From Candidatus Thalassarchaeaceae archaeon (GTDB taxonomy: Archaea; Thermoplasmatota; Poseidoniia; Poseidoniales; Thalassarchaeaceae), in NCBI GenBank assembly GCA_013329905.1, contig DUJH01000016.1:22192-67261 (forward strand): a stretch of DNA of 45,070 nt. The letters are read 5' to 3'. Under the pieces are notes generated by a model. The model saw only the letters and a list, made by a program, of their open reading frames with translations. It searched no databases and was not told the origin of the DNA. Both the position numbers and the translations under genes were made by a program. Shown in pieces: positions 8,187 to 17,410 of this stretch. The stretch's first letter is position 1. Each line of letters starts with the position of its first letter.

Positions 8187-9797
8187 TCAGTTGCCATAGG
8201 CAAGATGGTAGACGAGAGAGCCGTAAATGATGCCAGAGACTGCTAGGCTCTCCTCGTTGAATCGGCTCATGTCATCGAGATAAGTGTGGTACTCACTCGA
8301 ACCTGAGCCGTAACAGACCACGGCTCGACCATACCGCTTGTCATCCGAGTCGTCCTCGTCGATATTGTAGACGAACGGTGCGTGGTCGGAATTGTAGGGC
8401 ATGTCGGTATTTGCGAGTTTGCGGACGTCGATATTGTAGCTATCCGCAAGTTCTGGATGTTCTTGTTTGAACTTCGCCGTGATTCCCTGAATATGCTCGA
8501 CGTCGGTCTTGTGATTGCCGAAAAGAGTCACACCCGAATTGCGCTCTGCGTCGACGTGATTCATGTCCAAATTGATGTAAAGTCGGAGGTTTTCATACAG
8601 GTTATTCGAGTGCTTATCGACCCAGTTCGTAGATCCATACAATCCCTCTTCCTCGCCTCCCCAAGTGCAGAAGTAGATGGTGTATTTTGGGGTGCCGAGT
8701 TGGCTCTCGATGAGTCCGAATTGCCGAGCCATCTCGAGCACGGTCGCCGTACCGGAGGTATCGTCGACCGCTCCTGGGCCCATGTAGACGGTGTCGTGAT
8801 GGGCCCCAATGATGATCAGTTGTTCTGTTTCACCTTGGATTATCCCGCATGGGACCTTGATTGTAGCTTCCCCTGCATTTTCGACGAAGGTGAGGAATTT
8901 GAGCCTGCCATCTTGATTGATCACATTGTCAATAATTGTCTGGCCAACACTTTTGCTGACCATGATGAATCCCAAGTCGATTGGAATGTTTTCAATCTCT
9001 GAAATCCCGACCGATTTGAAGTAAGGAACGCAATCATTGGCGACGAGTTCATCGCAGTTCTGACGCTCGTTGATGAGGATAAGCCCCTCCACATCATTCT
9101 CCGATGCTCGCTTGAATAGAGGGGTGTTTGACTCCGTTTCATTGGTCATGTGGATGAGCACGACTGCGCTGGCGGCGCTGGACCAGTCGGCGCTCTCATT
9201 CCCAGTTCCGAGGTCGACGACTTCGATATCATCGACGTAGCGGATGAAAGATGATCCGGAGTAACCTTGCAGAACGAAGTCGGATCTGTGATCGAATTCG
9301 ATGAAATCGGCATTGAAGTCGGTTGCGCCGCAGGCGAATGCTGGAAGAGTTTCTCCCACATCGCCTGCGTGACAGATCCCCAGTTCGGGCTCGTCATCAA
9401 TGACGAACATCGGGACGTCGAAGTCCTCGATTGTCGATGGAATCCCCATCGTTGTGAAATTGGATTTGATGAAATCGGCTGTATTGTGCTCTTCGTTCGT
9501 TCCGGACATTCGGCCTTCCCACTCAGGATGGCCGAGGGCGATGATGCTCTCAGCGTAGCCTCGTGCGCTGGCAGGGTCGAACTCGATGAGTTCGTAATCA
9601 GGAGTTCCTTGGATCCAGTCTACAATGTCGTCGCCGTATAGGACTGCGCCACCCATGGTGCCGACGAGCATGATTCCGATTACTGCGAGGACAGAGACTG
9701 GAAGTTGCTTCGTGCGCTGAAACTGTTCCTTCAGCCTCGCATTGAGGCTTGTTGGGCTTTCTTCGGCCGCAATTTCAGCCTTGATGACCTCATTCAT
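8187..9797 (-). CDS. Membrane-anchored M28-family aminopeptidase with PA domain
   Basis: 536 aa. It has an N-terminal TM anchor (VSVLAVIGIMLVGTMGGAVLY). M28 metal-ligand motifs are present: GAHHDTVY..GAVDDTSGTATVLE, WGGEEEGLYGS, SDHAPF. There is an inserted PA-like segment. Confidence 0.8.
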   Translation of the reverse strand: MNEVIKAEIAAEESPTSLNARLKEQFQRTKQLPVSVLAVIGIMLVGTMGGAVLYGDDIVDWIQGTPDYELIEFDPASARGYAESIIALGHPEWEGRMSGTNEEHNTADFIKSNFTTMGIPSTIEDFDVPMFVIDDEPELGICHAGDVGETLPAFACGATDFNADFIEFDHRSDFVLQGYSGSSFIRYVDDIEVVDLGTGNESADWSSAASAVVLIHMTNETESNTPLFKRASENDVEGLILINERQNCDELVANDCVPYFKSVGISEIENIPIDLGFIMVSKSVGQTIIDNVINQDGRLKFLTFVENAGEATIKVPCGIIQGETEQLIIIGAHHDTVYMGPGAVDDTSGTATVLEMARQFGLIESQLGTPKYTIYFCTWGGEEEGLYGSTNWVDKHSNNLYENLRLYINLDMNHVDAERNSGVTLFGNHKTDVEHIQGITAKFKQEHPELADSYNIDVRKLANTDMPYNSDHAPFVYNIDEDDSDDKRYGRAVVCYGSGSSEYHTYLDDMSRFNEESLAVSGIIYGSLVYHLAYGN

Positions 9798-9874
9798 GCA
9801 GATACCTCGCAGAATTGCTGCCGCCTTGGGCGCCTATTGAACCCAACCGCTAGCGGTACCTATGATGATTCGAT

Positions 9875-10492
9875 TCACTGAGAGCCGATTTCATCGCCGG
9901 TCCAACGGCGACCGAGATTGTGGTCGATGTTGAGTTGGTCAAGGATTCGGGCGACAACGAAATCGACGAGGTCTTCGATGGACTCTGGCTTGTTGTAGAA
10001 GCCGGGACTTGCGGGCAGGATAACTACGCCCCATTCGGAGAGGTTTGCCATTGCTCGGAGGTGTGGGGTGGCGTAGGGAGATTCGCGTGGGACGAGGATT
10101 AGTTTGCGCCGCTCTTTCATCGCGACGAGGGCGCTGCGGGTTGCGAGATTGTCTGATATTCCCGCAGCAATCTTGCCGATTGTTGTGCCGCTCGTTGGGC
10201 AGATGATGTAGGCGTCGAAGCGGGCTGATCCTGAGGCAGAGCGAGCGGCGAGGTTGTCGTTATTCTCGAGGGTGATGAGTGAGTTCGATGCGAGTTCTGC
10301 GGGAGTGATTCCGCATTCGAGGTCGAGGTTGATAGCTCCCTCGCGAGTGATGATGAGATGAGATGACCAACCAGCCTCGCAAAGGGCATCTAGCAGTCGT
10401 ACCCCATAACGTGCCCCTGATGCTCCAGTGATGGCAACGACTGCTTCAGGCATGCTTCTCCCTCTTTCCTTCCTCGCTTCAACCTGCCTCAC
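9875..10492 (-). CDS. ubiX: Flavin prenyltransferase UbiX
   Basis: 205 aa. Contains VVAITGASGARYGVRLLDAL...LIITREG...ICPTSGTTIGKIAAGISDNL...LVPRESP, the UbiX/Pad1 flavoprotein pattern. Its start overlaps the upstream gene's stop by 4 nt. Confidence 0.85.
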   Translation of the reverse strand: MRQVEARKERGRSMPEAVVAITGASGARYGVRLLDALCEAGWSSHLIITREGAINLDLECGITPAELASNSLITLENNDNLAARSASGSARFDAYIICPTSGTTIGKIAAGISDNLATRSALVAMKERRKLILVPRESPYATPHLRAMANLSEWGVVILPASPGFYNKPESIEDLVDFVVARILDQLNIDHNLGRRWTGDEIGSQ

Positions 10493-11694
10493 TGAGAATC
10501 GCGCAAGGCATGGGCGAGGTATTCATACTGCTCGATTGAGTTGTAGAGATATGCCGAGATGCGGAAGTAGCGCATCTCGTGGTGTGGCCAAGGGAAAACT
10601 GGAACCTGAATCCCCCAATCGTCGAGCAGACTGTTGTGCAAGGCATCGCCTCGAAAATCTGGTGGTCCGTCGTAAGTTCCTGGCAGATCGATAGTGGCCA
10701 TTGCTGTAAGCATCGAATCGGCTATTGGGGGCTCGGTTTCGAGAGTCTCACAGAGGATATCACGGCCATTGCGGGCGAGCGAATCGTTGTGTTCCATAAC
10801 GGCTTCAAATCCACCTGAAATCATCGATCCGAGAGTTTCGATGGCCTTTGGGATGCAGAAGATTCCAGATGGGTCAGAGGTTCCCTGCCAATCATACTCG
10901 AAGCGAAATTTCTCCACCGGCGGAAGGTCTGCTGTGTAACCGTGACTGATTGTCAGCGGTTTTGTTGATTCACGCTTGTCCTCACGTATGTGAAGGAAGG
11001 CCGAGCCTTTCGGGGTGCACAGCCACTTGTGGCAATTGCCGGCTATCCAAGCTGCATCCAACGAGGTCAAATCGAGCGGCACCAAACCAGGCCCATGTGC
11101 CGCGTCGAGCAAAACATCCACGCCTCGCGACTGAAATTCATCGACTAATCGCTCGAACGGCATTCTGATTGCAGTCGGACTCGACACGGTGTCAATCATC
11201 GCCAGAACTGTGTGAGGGGTAATCGCGGCGAGTAGTGGCTCGATGATATCATCTTCAGACTCACATCTGAATGGCAGTTCGACGACGACTACCTTTGCCT
11301 TCCAGCGTCGAGCAACGAATTCAATCGTATTCCAGCATGCTTGGTAAGCATGGTCGGGGACAATAATCTCGTCACCGGAATTTAGCACAAGGCTGCGCAA
11401 CACGGTGTTTATCCCGCCAGTAGCATTGTGGCAGAAAGTCATTCCATCTTGGTCAGCGTTGAGAAATTCCGAAAGAGAACCGACCGCTCCAGCCATCATT
11501 TCGACAGCATCGCGCTCGAAAAACCGGACCGGATCCGCCTCCATCTGCGCACGGATCCTCGATTGCTCTTCGAGTAAGACGGCAGGCGTTGCGCCGAAGG
11601 AACCGTGGTTCAGAAAAGTGGTGTCGGGGTCGAGTGACCAGTGGTGAGACAATTCGCTCCCCGCGGGTCTCAGGCAACCAACCCCGGAGTCCAA
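10489..11694 (-). CDS. Class-V (PLP) aminotransferase, isopenicillin-N-epimerase/cysteine-desulfurase-like
   Basis: 401 aa. Contains FLNHGSFGATP and GNCHKWLCTPKGSAFL (PLP lysine). Confidence 0.8.
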   Translation of the reverse strand: MDSGVGCLRPAGSELSHHWSLDPDTTFLNHGSFGATPAVLLEEQSRIRAQMEADPVRFFERDAVEMMAGAVGSLSEFLNADQDGMTFCHNATGGINTVLRSLVLNSGDEIIVPDHAYQACWNTIEFVARRWKAKVVVVELPFRCESEDDIIEPLLAAITPHTVLAMIDTVSSPTAIRMPFERLVDEFQSRGVDVLLDAAHGPGLVPLDLTSLDAAWIAGNCHKWLCTPKGSAFLHIREDKRESTKPLTISHGYTADLPPVEKFRFEYDWQGTSDPSGIFCIPKAIETLGSMISGGFEAVMEHNDSLARNGRDILCETLETEPPIADSMLTAMATIDLPGTYDGPPDFRGDALHNSLLDDWGIQVPVFPWPHHEMRYFRISAYLYNSIEQYEYLAHALRDSQ

Positions 11695-12356
11695 TCCTCA
11701 GGTTTCATCGGGACGCGTCCGAGAAATTCCTCTGCATGAACCAGCAGTGCCTCTTCAAATCGGGCGCGGTCGAGTAGACGTCCTTCGAGGTCATGAGTGT
11801 GACCGACTGCAGCGAGAGAAGTGGTTGTGCCCGCATCGAGTCCACAGCAGGTCAATGCCTCGATGCGACCCTCGTTAGTATTGTAATTGATAGCTAATCC
11901 GTGGCGGCTGACCCAGTGTTTGAAGGCCAGCCCGATGGAGCAAACCTTGCGGTCCTCAAGCCAGACTCCCATCATCCTCTCGTCGCGATATCCTTCGATT
12001 CCACAATCTGCGAGAGCAGCCATAACCCAGTCCTCGATTCGGTTGATGATACTGCGAACGGATTGCTCGTCCTGTTGCCATTTGATAATTGGGTAGCCGA
12101 CGAGTTGGCCGGGTCCGTGGTAGGTCATTCCACCACCTCGGTCGACGATTGTCGTCGAGTAATCTGCTAATGCTGGATCTTCCAAAGCCCCGTCGCGCTT
12201 CGCCTTCGGTCCAAGGGTTACGACTTCTGGATGTTGGACGAGGATTAGCGTGTCGGAAATCTCGTCCTTGATGCGCTGTTGCTGCATGATTCGCATCGCT
12301 TCGTCGACCGCTGTGTGCGGTTCAATTCCTGCTAGAAGGATGCGCAGCGGTCGCAT
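11670..12356 (-). CDS. lipB: Octanoyltransferase (lipoyl(octanoyl) transferase) LipB
   Basis: 228 aa. Contains HPEVVTLG, RGGGMTYHGPGQLVGYPI and KVCSIGLAFKHWVSRHGLAIN. Confidence 0.85.
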   Translation of the reverse strand: MRPLRILLAGIEPHTAVDEAMRIMQQQRIKDEISDTLILVQHPEVVTLGPKAKRDGALEDPALADYSTTIVDRGGGMTYHGPGQLVGYPIIKWQQDEQSVRSIINRIEDWVMAALADCGIEGYRDERMMGVWLEDRKVCSIGLAFKHWVSRHGLAINYNTNEGRIEALTCCGLDAGTTTSLAAVGHTHDLEGRLLDRARFEEALLVHAEEFLGRVPMKPEDWTPGLVA

Positions 12357-12384
12357 CTTTGTTGCCCCGTTTTCTTTCTCCGCC

Positions 12385-13821
12385 TCAGGCCGCGTGAATT
12401 GCGTGACCGAGGGTCTTGAGGATTCCCTCGTGGAAGGCCTCTGTCATCGTCGGGTGAGCGTGTACTACGTCTGCAATGTCCTCGAGAAGTGCCCCCATTT
12501 CGAGGGCAAGGACGAATTCGCCGTGGAGTTCAGCCACATGACTTCCCACGGCTTGGATTCCAAGTATCACGTGGTCGGACTCACGCGCAGTGACGCGGAT
12601 GAATCCCCCTGTCTTCTCCGCTTCGAGCGTGAGTGCACGTCCGTTGGCGGCGAGTGGGAACTTGCCGGTGATTATCTGCTCTCCTCGCTCCTTTGCTTCG
12701 TCGGGAGATAGGCCGACCGAGACGATTTCTGGCTCGGTGAAGACGATTGCTGGGATTGCCACCTTGTCGAATTCTCGGTGGTGGCCGGCGAGGATCTCTG
12801 CGACCATCTCGCCCTGTGCTGATGCCTTGTGGGCGAGCATTGGCTCTCCGGCGACATCTCCAATCGCATAGACACCGGGAACGTTGGTTCGGCACTGTCG
12901 GTCGATTCGGATGAAGCGGCCGCCGGTATCCATTCGCACTCCCATATTCTCTATTCCCCATCCTTTGGTATTGGGGCGGCGTCCAACGGTAACAAGCACC
13001 TTGTCGACCTTGATGGTCTGCTCTTCGCCGTCCTTCTCAAAGGTCAGGTGAGCCTTGCGACTGGCTCCCTTGCCCTTGATTTCGGTACCGCGGGCTAGGG
13101 AGTTGGTGTGGATTGTGACCTTGTGTCGCTTGAGCCAGATTTCGAGCGGTCGTCGAATCTCTTTGTCCATGATTCCGAGAATCGAATCCATTCCTTCGAC
13201 GACCGTTACATCGGTGCCGAGTTTGCTCAGAGCGCAGCCGAGTTCAAGGCCGATGTAGCCGCCACCAACGATGGCTGCTGACTTTGGTAGATTCTGTAGG
13301 TCGAGGGCTCCGGTGGAAGAGAGGATGAATTCCTCGTCACAAGGCATGAATGGAAGGTCGATATGGCTAGAGCCAGTGGCGATAATGACGTTCTCCGCCT
13401 CGATTTCGACCGGCCCGTCACTTGTTTCAACGGTACATTTCTTCGGGCCGGTGAAAGTCGCCCAACCCATCACGAGCTCGGCCCCCGCTCCCTTGAGAAG
13501 AGACTCGACGCCTTTGTTGAGTCGGGTGACGATGGCGTCTTTCCAATCGACAAGCGCGGCCATGTCAACTTCCGGTTTGCCCGCCACAGACAGTCCCATG
13601 TGACCGCCTTCGCCGGCGTGTTGCCGCAACGCCTCAAAGCGCTCAGCAGCGTGAATAATCGCCTTACTCGGGATACATCCGCGAATCAGACAGGTGCCAC
13701 CCGCTTTGTCTCCCTCGACGATTATAGTGTCCAATCCGAGCTGAGCGCTGCGAATTGCTGCGACATAGCCACCGGGTCCAGCCCCAATGATGAGAACCTT
13801 GCATTTACGAGTGTCAACCAT
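12385..13821 (-). CDS. lpdA: Dihydrolipoyl dehydrogenase (E3)
   Basis: 478 aa. Has an FAD motif (GAGPGGYVAA), redox disulfide (GGTCLIRGCIPSK), NAD motif (GGGYIGLE) and the C-terminal HAHPTMTEA. Confidence 0.95.
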   Translation of the reverse strand: MVDTRKCKVLIIGAGPGGYVAAIRSAQLGLDTIIVEGDKAGGTCLIRGCIPSKAIIHAAERFEALRQHAGEGGHMGLSVAGKPEVDMAALVDWKDAIVTRLNKGVESLLKGAGAELVMGWATFTGPKKCTVETSDGPVEIEAENVIIATGSSHIDLPFMPCDEEFILSSTGALDLQNLPKSAAIVGGGYIGLELGCALSKLGTDVTVVEGMDSILGIMDKEIRRPLEIWLKRHKVTIHTNSLARGTEIKGKGASRKAHLTFEKDGEEQTIKVDKVLVTVGRRPNTKGWGIENMGVRMDTGGRFIRIDRQCRTNVPGVYAIGDVAGEPMLAHKASAQGEMVAEILAGHHREFDKVAIPAIVFTEPEIVSVGLSPDEAKERGEQIITGKFPLAANGRALTLEAEKTGGFIRVTARESDHVILGIQAVGSHVAELHGEFVLALEMGALLEDIADVVHAHPTMTEAFHEGILKTLGHAIHAA

Positions 13822-13830
13822 TCTTTCACC

Positions 13831-15129
13831 TCACATGAAGATCATTGCAGGATGCTCAAGTATACGCTTGAGTGACTGCACCAGAGCCGCTCCATTGGCT
13901 CCATCGACGATTCGGTGATCGAATGAACTCGAGACGTTCATGATGCGGCGGACGACAATCTCGCCCTTGCGCGCCACGGGCATTTCGCGCGCCTTGTGGA
14001 CGCCAAGTATAGCGACCTCTGGGTGGTTGATGATTGGAGTCGCACCGAGGCCACCATCGCGACCGAGGCTGGTGATTGTGAAGGTTGAACCAGTCAGGTC
14101 ATCGAGGGTTGCGGTACCATTGCGGGCCGCTCCCGAGACGCGCTGCATCTCTGTCGCGGCCTGCCAGACATCCATCGCTTCAGCGTGTTTGACGACCGGG
14201 ACGAAGAGTCCACGGTCGGTCTGCGTAGCGATTCCAAGGTTGATGGCTCCATAACGGCGAACCAAACCATTGGCCTCGTCGTAGTGTGCATTGCATTCGG
14301 GGTGATTTGGCATCAGCTTGGCTAGTGCGAGCATTATGAACGGTAGATAGGTGAGTTTGGGCTGCTCTGGCGATCGCGTTGCATTGAGCGTCTGTCGCAA
14401 TTCTTCCAACTCTGTTACATCGATTTCCTCGAAGTAGGAGAAGTGCGGAATGTGGCGCTTTGAGAGGGTCATTGCTTCAGCAATTTTGCGGCGTAGGCCG
14501 ACGACCTTGATTTCCTCTACATCGGTTCTGCGTGTCGAATATGCGACAGGTGCAGCGCCCTGGACCATTCCTCCAGCGGCGATGAATGCGTCTAGGTCAG
14601 CGTGGCGAATGCGTCCGGCTGGTCCACTGCCGCGAACCGCGCTCAGATCGATTCCTGCCTCGCGCGCACGCCGGCGCACAGCAGGACTCGCCAACGCCTT
14701 GCCACCAGCGCTGGGCGCTGGTGCAGAGACCGAGGGAAGTGGTGCAGGTGCAGAGATTGCCGGTACGGGTGGCGGTGCCACTGGTGCCGTTGTAGCCGCC
14801 GGAGCAGGTGCTGCGGCAGGTTCTGGTGAAGGTGCAGGAGTAGGCTCGGGTGCAGCCTTCTCGGCCGGCTCAGCAGCAGGCGAATCGCCGCTGCCATCGA
14901 ATTCAACTAGAGCTGCGCCAACAGCGACCATATCGCCAACTCCGCCATGTAGCGCAGTAATCTCACCATCATACGGCGAAGGAATCGTCACGGTCGCTTT
15001 ATCGGTCATCACATCGACCAAAGCATCGTCTTCGGCGACTATATCCCCGACCGAGACGTGCCACTGCACGACCTCGCCTTCTACAACTCCCTCTCCGATA
15101 TCCGGTAATTTGAACGCTCTATTCGTCAT
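13831..15129 (-). CDS. Dihydrolipoamide acyltransferase (E2) of a branched-chain-type 2-oxoacid dehydrogenase complex
   Basis: 432 aa. Has a lipoyl domain (VMTDKATVTIPSP), a long Pro/Ala linker, an E3/E1-binding domain (ASPAVRRRAREAGIDLSAVRGSGPAGRI) and a catalytic DHR motif (SSSFDHRIVDGA). Confidence 0.9.
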   Translation of the reverse strand: MTNRAFKLPDIGEGVVEGEVVQWHVSVGDIVAEDDALVDVMTDKATVTIPSPYDGEITALHGGVGDMVAVGAALVEFDGSGDSPAAEPAEKAAPEPTPAPSPEPAAAPAPAATTAPVAPPPVPAISAPAPLPSVSAPAPSAGGKALASPAVRRRAREAGIDLSAVRGSGPAGRIRHADLDAFIAAGGMVQGAAPVAYSTRRTDVEEIKVVGLRRKIAEAMTLSKRHIPHFSYFEEIDVTELEELRQTLNATRSPEQPKLTYLPFIMLALAKLMPNHPECNAHYDEANGLVRRYGAINLGIATQTDRGLFVPVVKHAEAMDVWQAATEMQRVSGAARNGTATLDDLTGSTFTITSLGRDGGLGATPIINHPEVAILGVHKAREMPVARKGEIVVRRIMNVSSSFDHRIVDGANGAALVQSLKRILEHPAMIFM

Positions 15130-15131
15130 TT

Positions 15132-16151
15132 TTATTCCTCCATTACTTTCTTGATCGCGTCAGCGATTCTTGCGGGACTCGGCATGTAATCCCACTCAGT
15201 TGTGTGCGGGAATGGTGTATCCCATCCCGTGACTCTCTTAATTGGTGCTTCGAGGTGGTAGAAGCATCGCTCCTGCACACTCGCAGCCATCTCAGCGCCG
15301 AATCCACTCGTCTTCGGGGCTTCGTGAACAATTACACATCGCCCCGTCTTTTCGATTGAATTTACGATTGTATCTCGGTCCCAAGGAATCAGCGTTTGTA
15401 AATCGATTAGATCGCAGCTGACGCCGCAGTTATTGATGGCTTGCTCGGCAACGTGGACCATTGCTCCCCAAGAAATGACTGTACAATCGCTGCCCTCCAT
15501 GGCTAACCTTGCCTCGCCCAAGGGAACTGTGTAATGCGCCTCAGGAACCTCTGCTTCGGGGTGGTCCTTCCAGGTGGGGACATTGTGAGGGTCGCCGTAG
15601 AAGGGGCCGCGATAGCAGCGCTTGGGCTCGAAGACGACGACGGGGTCGTTGGATTCGATTGCGGCTATGAGGAGCCCCTTCGAATTGTATGGGGTCGATG
15701 AGTACACCACCTTCAGTCCGGAGGTGTGGGTGAATTGTGATTCTGGGCTCTGCGAGTGGTGGTGACCTCCGCGGATTCCACCTCCGGCTGGTGTTCGGAT
15801 GGTTATCGGGCACCAGAATTCGCCTCCGGAGCGGTGGCGAACCTTGGCGATTTCATTGACGATTTGGTCGTAGGCTGGGAATATGTAGTCGGCGAATTGA
15901 ATCTCCGCCACCGGGCGTAATCCGTTGATTCCCATTCCGAACGCAATCGCCGCGATTCCACCCTCAGAGAGTGGCGTATCGAAGACGCGATGGCTTCCGT
16001 GCTTCTCTTGCAGACCATCAGATGTACGGAATACACCTCCGAAATATCCAGCATCCTCGCCGAAGAAGAGGACATTCTCGTCACGCTCAAGCATATTGTC
16101 GAGTGCGGAGTTGACCGCTTGAACAATGTTCATTTCGACCATTTCAATCAC
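15132..16151 (-). CDS. 2-oxoacid dehydrogenase E1 component, beta subunit
   Basis: 339 aa. Contains FGEDAGYFGGVFRTSDGLQEKHG..RVFDTPLSE, a transketolase-like pyrimidine-binding pattern. Confidence 0.9.
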   Translation of the reverse strand: MIEMVEMNIVQAVNSALDNMLERDENVLFFGEDAGYFGGVFRTSDGLQEKHGSHRVFDTPLSEGGIAAIAFGMGINGLRPVAEIQFADYIFPAYDQIVNEIAKVRHRSGGEFWCPITIRTPAGGGIRGGHHHSQSPESQFTHTSGLKVVYSSTPYNSKGLLIAAIESNDPVVVFEPKRCYRGPFYGDPHNVPTWKDHPEAEVPEAHYTVPLGEARLAMEGSDCTVISWGAMVHVAEQAINNCGVSCDLIDLQTLIPWDRDTIVNSIEKTGRCVIVHEAPKTSGFGAEMAASVQERCFYHLEAPIKRVTGWDTPFPHTTEWDYMPSPARIADAIKKVMEE

Positions 16152-17403
16152 CGGTCCATTGCTTCATTTCGTCCCATTGTTCCTGCAGATGCCAAGGAAC
16201 GGTCTCGTAGACCTCGGTGAAGATAGTGTCAGCAGATGGGTAGGGACCGTTGGCGAGGTCTCCATGGGTGACCGCTTCCTTGTAGGCGGCCATGACCTCT
16301 CCATCGATGCGCTCTTCCATCTCAGTTTGCTGCTTATCAGACCACTCGCCGATGGCGATAAGATGGCCTGCTAATCGGTCGATAGGATCGCCGCCTGGCC
16401 AGGATTCGGCCTCATCGCTAGGTCGGTAGCGGCTGGGGTCATCGCTCGAAGAATGGGCGCCGGTGCGGTAGGTTAGCACCTCGATATGAGTAGCCCCTTC
16501 ACCGGCAGCAGCGCGCTCTCGTGCCCATTTGGTGACTGAATAGAGCGCGAGGAAATCATTTCCATCGACGCGAATACATGGGACATTGTACGCCAGCCCG
16601 CGAGCAGCAAAGGTCGGGCTGCCGCTGGCGATATTTCTGTGAGTTGAAATCGCCCATTGATTGTTGACGATATTGAGGATGACTGGCGGCTTGAAGACAG
16701 AGGCGAAATTGAGGGCGTAGTGGTAATCGCCCTCAGCACTGGCACCGTCTCCGATCCAGGTGATGGTGACCTCGTCAAGCCCTTTGTACTGCGATGCCAT
16801 AGCTACTCCAACAGCTTGGCTGAATTGGGTTCCAACAGGGCTGGATATAGAGATGAAGCGTCCCTCTTTGTAGGTGTAGTGAACTGGCATTTGCCGTCCT
16901 TTGACATTGTCTTCGACATTGCCTATACAGTGGTTGATCATGCTCACCATATCACGTCCCCGGACGAACTGGGCACCCGGTTGTCTGTAGGAGGGGAAGA
17001 TCCAGTCTTGAGTTTCGAGCGCCATCGTTTGGGCGATGGCGACCGCCTCTTCTCCGAGCGAACGCATGTAGAATGACAGCTTACCTGTGCGTTGCATCTT
17101 CATCATGCGCTCATCGAAGATGCGCATACGGGCCATGTGTTCGAGTCCTTGGCGGAGTTCATCGGGAGTTAGTTGTGGATCCCATGGTCCGCTGGCCTTT
17201 CCTTTGAAATCGAGAACTCTGACTAATCCATTTGCCAAGTCGGTGGTGTCGGCAGCGATGCAAGTGATAGGGTCAGGGCGAGGTAAATCGCCAGGCTCAT
17301 TGACGAATGGGTCGAAATTTGCTTCGTCACCGGGGCGAAACGGGGCAGTTGGAATCTGCAGGGATTTTTGCTTCTTCTTCGCCGCCATGCTTCTTTCACC
17401 CAT
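16144..17403 (-). CDS. 2-oxoacid dehydrogenase E1 component, alpha subunit (BCKDH-like)
   Basis: 419 aa. Has a TPP motif (IGDGASAEGDYHYALNFA...NN) and YRTGAHSSSDDPSRYR as in BCKDH E1alpha. It overlaps E1beta by 8 nt. Confidence 0.9.
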   Translation of the reverse strand: MGERSMAAKKKQKSLQIPTAPFRPGDEANFDPFVNEPGDLPRPDPITCIAADTTDLANGLVRVLDFKGKASGPWDPQLTPDELRQGLEHMARMRIFDERMMKMQRTGKLSFYMRSLGEEAVAIAQTMALETQDWIFPSYRQPGAQFVRGRDMVSMINHCIGNVEDNVKGRQMPVHYTYKEGRFISISSPVGTQFSQAVGVAMASQYKGLDEVTITWIGDGASAEGDYHYALNFASVFKPPVILNIVNNQWAISTHRNIASGSPTFAARGLAYNVPCIRVDGNDFLALYSVTKWARERAAAGEGATHIEVLTYRTGAHSSSDDPSRYRPSDEAESWPGGDPIDRLAGHLIAIGEWSDKQQTEMEERIDGEVMAAYKEAVTHGDLANGPYPSADTIFTEVYETVPWHLQEQWDEMKQWTGD

Positions 17404-17410
17404 TCCTCGT

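Noticed and set aside
8382-9002. 206-aa plus-strand ORF. Similar long antisense ORFs lie at 12250-12711, 13363-13875, 16657-17076 and 17087-17593.
   Set aside because: All lie antisense to strongly supported enzyme genes (M28 peptidase, E3, E1alpha). None has a family motif, and their compositions are atypical.
14450-15154. 234-aa plus-strand ORF (and several 65-90-aa ORFs) rich in Ala/Gly/Arg/Ser, opposite the E2 gene
   Set aside because: It lies antisense to the GC-rich Pro/Ala linker and lipoyl domain of E2. The composition is low-complexity, there is no motif, and the minus-strand E2 reading frame is unambiguous.
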